In this document: piece by piece, positions 38,176-49,920 of the stretch
How positions within the stretch are numbered: position 1 is the first letter of the stretch
Layout: every line of letters starts with the position of its first letter
Assembly (NCBI RefSeq): GCF_001194135.2
Contig: NC_068999.1
Span: 44,451,128 to 44,514,625, forward strand
DNA length: 63,498 nucleotides
Direction of reading: 5' to 3'
Origin: Octopus bimaculoides
Lineage: Eukaryota
Notes under the pieces: generated by a model
Database searches by the model: none
What the model saw: only the letters and a program-made list of their open reading frames with translations
What the model was told of the DNA's origin: nothing
Position numbers and translations under genes: made by a program

Positions 38176-38580
38176 TTGGCGTCTGAAAAGATGTAAAATT
38201 TAATTAAATCAGAAAAGAAAAAAAAAAGGAGAAACGCTAGACAAAAGCTGTAGAGGAAGAATAGAGCTAAGAAAAAACAAACATCCCTTAAAACACTGCG
38301 ACAAAATTATTTTTCCTGTTGACTGAAGCAACACTGGAAAGGATTAAAATTCAATGCACGAAAGCGAACGCATTTATCAGACAACTTAATACCATCCTGT
38401 ATTGTTTCACGCTTCCGTTTTTCTAAATGACAAACGTATCAACGTCTTTGCAAGTACACATTTCTAAGGCTTTGTTCCGTCAGGTGACAACAATTCTCAG
38501 TGAAAGAGTCACTGGAATTATTCTCCTCCTGGAAAATATGACTTCGCTCATTCATGCTGTTTTATGTTCTTTTATTGTTT

Positions 38581-38780
38581 TGCTTGTTTCAGTCGTTTGA
38601 CTGCGGCCATGCTGGAGCACCGCCTTTTAGTCGAACAAATCGACCCCAGCACTTATTCTTTGTAAGCCTAGTACTCATTCTATCAGTACTTGAGTACTTG
38701 ACTGGTACTTTATTTTATCGACTCCAGTACGATGGCAGGAAACGTTGACATTTGCAGGAATTGAACCCAACTTAGAACGT
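38581..38780 (-). mobile_element. SINE family B 3' end abutting a family A-like fragment
   Basis: gcttgtttcagtcgtttgactgcggccatgctggagcaccgcc...gtcgaacaaatcgaccccagcacttattctttgtaagcctagtac, then ctggtactttattttatcgac. Confidence 0.75.
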
Positions 38781-40420
38781 CACGTGCCATAACAAACACG
38801 CCAAGGTCCCAACAATTTATTTGCAATACAAGTGTCTATGTCGGTAACCTTAACAATCTTTGAACATGTGGTGCCATCTTATGGACAAACATGTCGAGCG
38901 TGGTCATTATTCCTCACATCAACTCCAGCGTTCATTTATAGGTATAAAGTGTCTTTACGACCTGAGATAAAGGGGCATACGCCCAGTGACGCATCATCCA
39001 GGGAGTCCCACACACATCGATTCCAAATTGTGTTGAAGCATACGAAAACATATTCCATTAATTAAAATGTATTCCAATTTTCCTCTTCGACGACTTAGTG
39101 AAAATTCCTGTAAACAAACCCATCCCCTTTATAGTAATATGTCTCTCCATTTTCCGTTTGGCAGAGACTCGACATACGTCTAGAAGCCGTTTAGATTTCC
39201 CTTCGCTAGCAAATCATAACAAACTGTGGTTACCGCCGATGCAATTGTTATTACAATTTATGTTTGCGTGTCCGAAAATTTCTCTTTCTTGTGTACTCCT
39301 GGAATAGTAACTGTTTGTATAAACTGCGTCTGTTCAATTTACGTTTCATGTTATATTCAGTACGTTTTTTTTTTTAAACAGACTCTGTATCTGTAAACAT
39401 ACAAGAAAAGTATTCGGGGCTTTATCACTATAGTAGTTATCGCCTCATTGAGTTATTGTAGAGGCGGTGGCCATATTGAACGACTAGCGAAAACAGAACA
39501 AGTAAAAACACAAAGCAAAATGGACTTTGGCAAAAAAAAAAAAAAAAAAAANNNNNNNNNNNNNNNNNNNNNNNNNNNNNNNNNNNNNNNNNNNNNNNNN
39601 NNNNNNNNNNNNNNNNNNNNNNNNNNNNNNNNNNNNNNNNNNNNNNNNNNNNNNNNNNNNNNNNNNNNNNNNNNNNNNNNNNNNNNNNNNNNNNNNNNNN
39701 NNNNNNNNNNNNNNNNNNNNNNNNNNNNNNNNNNNNNNNNNNNNNNNNNNNNNNNNNNNNNNNNNNNNNNNNNNNNNNNNNNNNNNNNNNNNNNNNNNNN
39801 NNNNNNNNNNNNNNNNNNNNNNNNNNNNNNNNNNNNNNNNNNNNNNNNNNNNNNNNNNNNNNNNNNNNNNNNNNNNNNNNNNNNNNNNNNNNNNNNNNNN
39901 NNNNNNNNNNNNNNNNNNNNNNNNNNNNNNNNNNNNNNNNNNNNNNNNNNNNNNNNNNNNNNNNNNNNNNNNNNNNNNNNNNNNNNNNNNNNNNNNNNNN
40001 NNNNNNNNNNNNNNNNNNNNNNNNNNNNNNNNNNNNNNNNNNNNNNNNNNNNNNNNNNNNNNNNNNNNNNNNNNNNNNNNNNNNNNNNNNNNNNNNNNNN
40101 NNNNNNNNNNNNNNNNNNNNNNNNNNNNNNNNNNNNNNNNNNNNNNNNNNNNNNNNNNNNNNNNNNNNNNNNNNNNNNNNNNNNNNNNNNNNNNNNNNNN
40201 NNNNNNNNNNNNNNNNNNNNNNNNNNNNNNNNNNNNNNNNNNNNNNNNNNNNNNNNNNNNNNNNNNNNNNNNNNNNNNNNNNNNNNNNNNNNNNNNNNNN
40301 NNNNNNNNNNNNNNNNNNNNNNNNNNNNNNNNNNNNNNNNNNNNNNNNNNNNNNNNNNNNNNNNNNNNTATACATATATATTCAGCCATCCATCCATCCA
40401 CTCAAGTATTTATGTATGTA

Positions 40421-40521
<101 letters not shown>

Positions 40522-41341
40522 ATACATGCAAGCAGAGGCTCAAATTCTCATATATGCTCACAGAAGAGCACATATAGAATCAAACATAAATAAATGCTAC
40601 AATTCCATTTATTTTCTGTGTCTCTTGGAGTTTCAGGAATTCAGGAAGGAGTGCATTGTCAGACAGCAGAAAAAGAATGCGATTGCTAGCCTGAAACAGA
40701 TGTAGTAAACAGATATAACTCCCTGCTGTTTCAGAACCGGAAGTGATCATATATTACAATGAGGGAATGACTTCCAGCTGTTAAGTTGTTACTTAAATAT
40801 ATTTCTTACGTTTTCTCTTGTTGTCCAACATCCAATCTCTCAGACAAATAATAATATTTCTATATTTGTCACCGCAACCTCAAACCCCCCCCACACACAC
40901 ACACACACTTCCCCCCACTCTCTCTCTCTCTCTTTCTCTCTCTTCCTCACACCCTCTCTCTCTCTCTGAGTATATTCTTCTCTCAAGGTGTATGCCCATG
41001 CATTGAACAGTAAGCGAACAGAAGATCGATAATAGTTCCTCGTATCTCTCTTTCACTTTTCCTCTCCCTGTTCCTCTCTATCTATCCATCTACTTATGTA
41101 TCTTCCTATGAATCTGTTTATCAAGTAATTTAACTGTCTTATCCAGTCTTCCATCTATCTATTTATCTATCTATCTATCTATCTATCTATATATATATAT
41201 ATATATATATCTATTTATCTATCTATCTATCTCTCTATATATATATCTGTCTCACTACCTACCTGTCTGTCTGTCTGTTTGTCTCTCTGTCGGCCTGTTT
41301 GTCTGTTTCTTTCTCTCTCTCTCTGTCACTCTCTCTCTCCC

Positions 41342-41374
<33 letters not shown>

Positions 41375-42229
41375 NNNNNNNNNNNNNNNNNNNNNNNNNN
41401 NNNNNNNNNNNNNNNNNNNNNNNNNNNNNNNNNNNNNNNNNNNNNNNNNNNNNNNNNNNNNNNNNNNNNNNNNNNNNNNNNNNNNNNNNNNNNNNNNNNN
41501 NNNNNNNNNNNNNNNNNNNNTATATATATGCAAATATGTATGTATGTATATATGAAGATGAGTGCTCAACACCGCATTGCTTCATTTGTGAATTAAGGCT
41601 ATCATTGGTTTCATGTTAAGAAATGTAGGAAAATATCCTAGAGTTTCCACAATTTTTCAAGCGATCACATGGAGAAAGGTGTTCGCCTCAAAATAGAGGC
41701 AAATTGTTGAGACACTAGGATATCTTCCTACTCATATGTATATATATATCGAAAGAGGGAGAGAGAGAGAGTTGTGTATGGATATATATATATACGTTGT
41801 CATTTTTGTGCATTTATTTTAATTAATCCGTTCAGCATTAATCCAATCAACCTAAATAGCTGTGTACATGACCGGTATACTTGTGGAGAAGATTTATATG
41901 TGTATATGTAGTGGGTACATGTGTATATAACCCGAGTATTTCATAGTTTCCTGGAACACATCATTCCCATGGTTCGCGTGTCTAGAATTAAACAAATTTC
42001 GAATAGTAGGTAATTTCCCGAGATAGAACCAATTTTCTTGAAGTTTTTATCTTAATTTAAAGCTTAGAATGCAAGATTCCTGTGCACAACAATTTATTCC
42101 TCTAAAAAAATGTTGACTTCTATTAAAAAATAAAATTTTTAATATTCGCGAAAGGAAGATCAATATTTTTCCAAATACAAAAATAATTTATATCATATTG
42201 AAAGTATTTTCTCAAGAAGCGACACATTG

Positions 42230-43300
42230 GTGAAGGTGTTATCGCTCGACCACGATTTCAGCTTGTGTAACACAAACTACTCTGTCACAGTAAATGCTCT
42301 CTACTTAGACGATCGGTTCTGAAGACAAGCAGCGGTTTGTGTAGTTCAACGCTATATAGCCTGTAACTTCAATCATATTTTTGTATCTTTGGCTCCTCTT
42401 ATGATTGGATGCTCTCTCTCGATTTGTTTCAAAATCTTTGTTCTTGATGATATCTAATTTCTATAGTAGATGCAATTATTCTTTTGTTGATATGAGTGTT
42501 TCAATAATCAAGCGTTGTGAATATATCATTCTCCAGACAAAACTGGAAACAATCTTTTAGACAGTTACTTAGCGATATTTTGCAATGAAGTTTCTGATTC
42601 CAAAATTAGAAAACATTCAAGGGCGTCCAAAATTAAAAGAAGGTTGTTTTGATTAATCCAATCAGATATTTATTTCTTAACCGTTTGATCCTTTTCTTGA
42701 AACGTTTTCTTAGCACAGATGGACAATGCACTGTTTTATTAATTCAATTCTTTAACAATAAAAACTAATCGGCTTTCTGCAGAGATCAAAGTTGTTTCCT
42801 TTCTAGCAAACTTTTTAACTGCAATATTAATTGGTTCCAATACTGATCCAGCAGCACATAGAACATTAAATCCATTGTCTGAGAGAGAAGTGAAAGTTTT
42901 GTTCCATATCGATCATAAATTCTGCAATTCACGTTTTAAGGAACAACAATCGCTCTAGCTTTGCAAAGAAAACATTCCATCTTGTTTTTGTATAATTGAT
43001 TAATTGTAATTCAAGTCAATGCTGCTCCTTGCTATAGTTTTGATGTATTTCATTGCTTGTTAGAAACCTACACATGAACTGGCAATTGTTCTCACTTCAT
43101 TAATGACTACCGATGCTAAAATCTTCCAGAACGGAAGGGTCTCCTGCAATACAAACTACTTTACCAAGTTAAATCTGGTGCATGCCAAAAGAATTATTAA
43201 CAATATTCGTAATTTCGCAATCTACATATTCATCATCGTTCTCTAACATACCTTCAAAATCGACGTCGTCATTGTAAGCTATTTTTATTAATGCGATTTT
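42230..43300 (-). mobile_element. Decayed hAT-superfamily transposase
   Basis: Minus-strand frames give KTRWNVFFAKLERLLFLKT*IAEFMIDME/...SVLEPINIAVKKFARKETTLISAESRLVFIVKELN/FKKRIKRLRNKYLIGLIK. TRWN at 42974-42985 is the hAT TRWNS-xxMLER motif. Several stops and frameshifts. Confidence 0.75.
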
Positions 43301-43729
43301 ATTACAAATAAGACTTTAGGCCACAGTAGCATAAGGGACTACAAAGAAAAAGAAGACCCTATAGATTCGAAAGATGTCGATTGACAGAAAGATAAAAGGA
43401 CTGAATATCATAGACCAGAGGAGAAGAAGACGAAGTTTTGTTAGATGAATTAACTTCTCAATTTGAAATCAGTTTTAATTACACTTAAAAAAGCATTAGC
43501 ATGGGTCCTAGGGCCCATAAGTGTGGTTAGTAAGTTTTCATGACATAATAGACCGAAATGGTTACCCCCCTCTAAACAGTAAACACAAAGATACACACAA
43601 TCGAACATACACGCATACACACAATCGAACATACACACACACGCACACACACACACACACCCTAAACCTCCATCAGTTGTTGGCTGTTTTTCTATTCTCG
43701 TATTTCGAGCATTTATATATATATATATA

Positions 43730-43880
43730 TGACGGACTTCTGCTGTCTCACTCCTAAGAAACTCATTCACCAGGCTTGGGTCGGCTCGGGACAATTGTCC
43801 AACATACTTGCGCAAGGTGACTTACAATTAGATTGAACACGAACCTGCGTTGTTCCAAAGCGAACGTTATACCAACAAAG
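43730..43880 (-). mobile_element. SINE family B 5' half, degenerate
   Basis: actcattcaccaggcttgggtcggctcggg...cttgcgcaaggtg...ttgaacacgaacc. Confidence 0.55.
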
Positions 43881-45329
43881 TCCTAGCTGCATCTGAATTT
43901 TCAGTTTCTCTGTATTTCAAACGTTCTTCAACTCACTGCCTACCATCTTAAATACAGTAACACGCATTGGATCATGTGATTCTAGATGCATTATGCATGA
44001 AGGTAAGACGTGATAGTCACGACAGGAATTTCACTGAGAATAAGTCTGTTAGAATAAGGATGAGTTGTCATTAGACAAACAACCACAGAAAAGTGTAGTT
44101 CTGTGTATTAAACTTTTCAAAGAAAATGTGGCAAAGACGATGTAATTTTTTTAATTTAAAAAGATACTCTTTATTTAAATTCTACACAAGTTAAATACAT
44201 TAGTTGAATAAGGTTAAAAGCTCGTACACATGGAGAGGATTGAAAGTGATTTTCGTGTATTCCCTCATTTTTGACTTCCGATCAAAGGCTTTTTTTTTTT
44301 TGTAATCCTGTAGGGTAAAGATATAGTAAGTAGTGTAAATTATCTTCGGTATACGAGTGCAAGATGTTTTATTTAATCAATCCAAGAGCGATAAAAGCAA
44401 AGTAGATTCGTCAGGATTCCATCTCCAAAAATATAATGACGTAACTTAACAACGAAAAGCAATTAATGTCATTTTTGCTTACTTAACTCCTCAATACGAT
44501 TTTATTACTTATGTTATTTCTATGTTGAAGCCGTGTATAGAAATTTATACGATCAAACACAGCATTGTACTCCATGGTTTTCTTTATTGTGATATAATTT
44601 ATTTTATTTCAATTTTATTTTTAAAGTAAAAACTGTTAGAACTGTCAAAACCTACCTGAAAACACTCAAAAATCTGTCATAAATCACGCTGACTTACCAT
44701 AAACCACTTTGAAAAACTCAACATAAACTCTCTCTGAAAAACCTATCATAAACCTACCTAACATACTATAATTGCTTCTTCAATTCACATAGAACGACAT
44801 CTGAAAGAAAATAAAGAATAAAAAATTGTTGTTTTAATCAATAACTAAAACTACAAACCAGACCAAAGTAATCCTAGAGAAACGAAAAAACCGTTCTTTA
44901 AAAGTCACCGATGTATGTTCTCTAAACTCGGTAATTATATCCGCTTGACTTAATAAAGGGCACCATCCCTAAATTTAGCATTTCTCTGGCAATAAAACAA
45001 GACACAAATTTACGTACCATTAGATTATATCAGTGATAAACGTGTTTATTAACAACTGTATCGTCGTTGCAAGCCATTCTTTCATTCTCGTTTTTTTTTT
45101 CTCCTTCTCTCTCTCTCTCTTTTCCTTTTTCTGATGTTTTCGTTGTTGTTTTTATCGTTGTGTATAGGTTCATGAATATCAATGAAGCCAATACGTTATA
45201 TCTTTCTCTTGTTTTGATCTCCTGCTATAGGCAATGTCTTCAATACACCTGATTAACTGCTTCTTTTGTAGCTTAATCCATTCCGTCATGTCTCTTTCAC
45301 TTTATTACTTCATTCAAACTTTCAAACAC

Positions 45330-45408
45330 ATCATCATCATTATTATTATCATTATTATTATCATTATTATTATTATCATTATTATTATTATCATTATTAT
45401 TATTATCA

Positions 45409-45439
<31 letters not shown>

Positions 45440-45463
45440 TATTATTATTACTATTATTATTCT

Positions 45464-45504
<41 letters not shown>

Positions 45505-45508
45505 ATAT

Positions 45509-45543
<35 letters not shown>

Positions 45544-45599
45544 TCATTGTTTTCATCACCATTCCTACCATTATCACCGGCACCGCCACTTTCATCCTT

Positions 45600-45686
<87 letters not shown>

Positions 45687-45711
45687 GTTGCTGTTGTTGT
45701 TGTTGTCGTCG

Positions 45712-45750
<39 letters not shown>
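45330..45750. repeat. Compound trinucleotide microsatellite (ATT/ATC, ACT, ATC, ATT, GTT)
   Basis: Direct reading; the first part has a 12-15 bp higher-order period. Confidence 0.95.
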
Positions 45751-45757
45751 TTATTTC

Positions 45758-45970
45758 AGGTGGCGAGCTGGCAGAATCGTGAGCAGGCTCGACGAAGTTA
45801 CTTAGCGGTAGTTTGCCCGTCGCTACGCTCTGGGATCAAATTCCACGGAGGTCGACTTTGCCTTTCATTCGTTCGGGCTCAATAAATTAAGTGCCAGTTG
45901 AACACTGGGGTCGATATAATTGACTAGACCCCTCCCAAAAATTTTAGGCCTTGTGCCTATACTAGAAATA
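45758..45970 (+). mobile_element. SINE family A, full length, followed by (AAT)n
   Basis: aggtggcgagctggcagaatcg...aaattccacggaggtcgactttgcctttcatt...ctggggtcgatataattgactag...ggccttgtgcctatactagaaa. Confidence 0.9.
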
Positions 45971-45974
45971 ATAA

Positions 45975-46005
<31 letters not shown>

Positions 46006-46013
46006 AAATAATA

Positions 46014-46054
<41 letters not shown>

Positions 46055-47059
46055 CATCATCATCGTCATTAGCATCATCATCATCATCATCATCATCAGT
46101 AGTAGTAGTAGTAGTAGTAGTAGTAGATATAATAAGTAAATGTTGGTCACTGCTACCGATGTAATCGACTTACCTCGTCCCACTGTATGGCACCGTAGGC
46201 AAGTGGTTTCTACTATGGCCTCGGGCCGATCTAGCGGTTCATTCGACCAAAAATTTAAAGCGGTGCCCCAGCATGGTCACTTTCTATTGACTGAAACAAG
46301 GAAAAAGATAACAGGTGTGTTGTTGGAGTCCAAAATAAAAAAAATATATATAACACGAACAACGAATTATCTGATGGCCTAATATTTACAGCCTTGTGAT
46401 GATGAGAATATCAAGTTTTCGTTATGATAATACTGATAAATAAAAAATATTTTTCTCAGTACCCACATGCAGATCTGTTTTGGAAACAATGAAAAGTCAA
46501 ATAAGAGGAAAATAAACATGTCAGAGCTCCACAAAGCTCCACAAGACAACCGAGCTCTATCACAAATCAGATTCAATGAGTTTTAATTTTGAAACATAGA
46601 TCTGACGATCACACGCAATTGATCTATGAATATTTCATGATGGATTGCTAAGTTCGTTGATTGGTTGGCTGGTTGGTTGGTCGGTTAGTCGATTGGTTGA
46701 TGGAGAGAGAGAGGGGAGGTTTGGACCAGGTTTAAATGTAGTAGAGTTTAGTCTAAAACGAAAAGAAAGGTATGTCTTTTTTTTTTATCTTTTCCACCTT
46801 TTGTTATGGAATGGTTTACAATAAGTATTCTTCAACGTATTATGACATTTCATGAAGTCTGGCTGTTGTCAGAAAAACATGGCGAGTTTTCAATGGTTAA
46901 ATGTAGAACTCTTCAAAGAGTGACACAAACGAATGAGTAGACGTTTTTAAAAAACAGAAGAAAGACAACAACAACAAGATAACAAACGTTGATGTTGTTG
47001 TATTCAGGAGAAAACCAATTCCATAGACACGCCATTTTTGACATGGATTTATTCTCTTA

Positions 47060-47640
47060 TCTCCACTGTCTTTTTCTGTCTCTCCCTCTCTTTCTCTCTT
47101 CCTATTTTTCTCTAGTTGCATCTCTCTCTCGCTCTCTCTCTCTCTCTCTTTCTTTCTCTCTCTCTCTCTCTTTCTTTCTCTCTCTCTCTCTTTCTCTCTC
47201 TTTCTTTCTCTCTCTCTCTCTCTCTCTTGCGCTCACGTTCACATGTTCATTCTCTCTTTCTTTCTCTCTCTTGCTCCCTCTCTTGCTCTTTCTCTTTCTC
47301 TCTCTCTCTCTCTCTCTCTGATGTTCTCTTTCCCACTCTCCTCCTCCCGCACCCTCTCTTTTTCTCTTTCTACCTATTTTCCTCCCGTTGTCACTCTTTT
47401 CCTCCTTCTTTTTCTCACTCCCTCGTTCTTTCTTTCATTATCTCTTCCCCTCTCGCTCGCTCCTTCTTGATCTCACTTGCTCTCTCACGTACTCTCTTCC
47501 TCACTCTCCTCCTCCTACTCCCTTCTCTCCTTCTTTCTTTCTTTCTTTCTCCCTTCCTATTTTTCACTCAATCTGTCTCTTCCTCTCGCATCTTCTCTTA
47601 CGCTCTCACGCAAAATCTCAATCTTTCTACCTAACATACA
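47060..47640 (+). repeat. Polypyrimidine (CT-rich) tract
   Basis: About 580 bp of mostly C/T. Confidence 0.9.
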
Positions 47641-47859
47641 ATAGCTTACAGTCCCACCTTTTGATGTAGTAGTAGTAGTAGTAGTAGTAACACCGCGTTG
47701 ATAGTGTTTGTTCTTGTCGTATCTGCTCCAACAGCGTTTTCTCTTTCGTTGCTCGTTGCTGGGAAAATGGCGATCAGAGCGATGATGGCGATGATAGACC
47801 TGATGAAGAGGACGAGGAAAAGGAAGAAGTGGACGAGGAGGGAAAAGGTATGTAAGGAA

Positions 47860-48289
47860 ATTAACGACGACGATGTCAACGAAGGTGGTGGTGGTGGTGG
47901 TGGTGGTGGTGGTATGGCGGCGGTTGTGGTGGTGGTGCTTCTGCTGCTGTTGATAATGATTATGATGATGACGATGGTGGTGGTGGCGGTGGTGGTGGTG
48001 GTGGTGGTGGTGGTGATGGTGATGAGGGAGGTGGTAGTGGTGATGATAATGATGGTGATGGTGGTGGTGATGAGGGAGGTTATAGTGCTCATGATAATGA
48101 TAGTGGTAATGGTGGTGGTGGTAGTGGTGATGATAATGATGGTGGTGGTGGTGGTGGTGGTGGTAGTGGTGATGATGGTGGCGGTTGTGATGGTGGTGCT
48201 TCTGCTGCTGCTGATGATGATTATGATGATGATGATGATGATGATGATAATGAGGAAGATGATGATAATGACGATGGTGGTGGTGGTGG

Positions 48290-48320
<31 letters not shown>

Positions 48321-48790
48321 GGTAATAATAGTGGTGATGATGATGATGAAGATGAGGGAGAGGAAGAGATGGAGATGAAAGAGGAGGATGGTTTACGATG
48401 ATTGTTATTGTGTTGAGGATGAAAACAACAACGTTTCTGAATTTAAAAAATCGAAAAACATCGACAGCAGAAGTGACGATGATGAATAAGATGATGATGA
48501 TGATGATGATGATGATAGTGAGAGTGAGAAACGACGACGATGACGAAGATGACAGCATCAACGATTACCATGACGATGACAACGACGAAAATGATGATGA
48601 TGTTGATGATGTCCACCATGATGCTGACGCTGATTTTGACGTGATTGATAATGACAACGACAGCGATGACGACGATGATGATGGTGATGGTGATGATGAA
48701 GATGATGATGTTCACGATGATGCTGACGCTGATGTTAACGGTGATTGATAATGACAACGACAACAACAACGATGATGACAATGATTATAG

Positions 48791-48841
<51 letters not shown>

Positions 48842-49460
48842 CAATGATGATAGTGGTGATGATGAGGAGGGGGTGGAGGATGACGTGACAACGATGATGG
48901 TATCCATGACATTGACAACGATGGAGATTGCGCGGGCAATGATGGTGATGATGATGATGATGATGATGCTGATGATGATGATGATGATGCTCGTGTTGTG
49001 CATTCTCAAGTTAACCTTGAAATAGTATTCCTGCTGTGACCATCCTGTCGTCTTCCCCCCCAAATAACAACAAGCTGAAAAACACAGTCAATGTGTCCTC
49101 TTTCTAAGTCGGCAGAGCGTGGAACGTCAGGGCGATACCAAGAAGAGGCATATTCGCTGGCTGGTGATGACGGTGAGGATGAAGGAGAGGAAGGGAACGA
49201 CGACGACGACGACGACGGCTACGATGATGATAATGATGACGGTGGTGGTGGTGGTGGTGGTAGTGGTATTCGTGGTGATTCTGTTCGTCCTGGTGGTAGT
49301 GGTTATTGTGGTGGTGCTGCTGTTGCTGATAATTATGATGATGATGATGATGGAGTTGATGATGGTTTTGGTCGTGGAGATGGCAGCGTTGTTGTTGCTG
49401 GTGGGGACGGTGCTTATGCTGCTGCTGCCACTTTTAGTGTTGGTTATGATAGAGTTCAAT
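47860..49460. repeat. Cryptic (GAT/GGT/GAC)n low-complexity region
   Basis: About 1.6 kb of in-phase degenerate triplets. Confidence 0.9.
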
Positions 49461-49657
49461 GTGACCGGAATGGTTTTGGCGGTGGTACTTTCGGTGATTG
49501 GATCCACATCAGCTCTGGCCGAACAACTCTACGTTCGTATTTGGATCATCTTACGTCTTTCACCCCTGCGCTTTCTCAAACGTATACTGTTCCTATCTTA
49601 AGGTATTCCATTTCGAATATAAACTGGGGGAAATTATTTTGGTATTACCTGCATAAT

Positions 49658-49920
49658 GGAGGCGCGTGGCTTAGTGGTTAGAGTGCTAGAATCATGATCG
49701 TAAGATTGTGGTTTCGATTCCTGGACCGGGCCACGCGTTGTGTTCTTGAGCAAAACACTTCATTTCACGTTGCTCCAGTCCACTCAGCTGGCAAAAATAA
49801 GTAACGCTACGATGGACTGGCGTCCCGTCCAGCTGCGGCACACATAAGCCATTGGAACCGGGAAACCGGGCCCAAGAGCCTGGCTAGGCTTTAAAAGGGC
49901 GCCTTTATTTTATTTATTTC
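49658..49920 (+). mobile_element. tRNA-derived SINE (family C-like head, different 3' half)
   Basis: ggcgcgtggcttagtggttagagtg (A box)...ggtttcgattcc (B box)...ttcttgagcaaaacacttcatttcacgttgctccagtccactcagctggc...gatggactggcgtcccgtccag...; T-rich end. Confidence 0.9.

Noticed and set aside
40691-40733. 9-bp inverted repeat ctgaaacag...ctgtttcag
   Set aside because: The stem does not extend, and the interior does not pair as a pre-miRNA or show a TSD.
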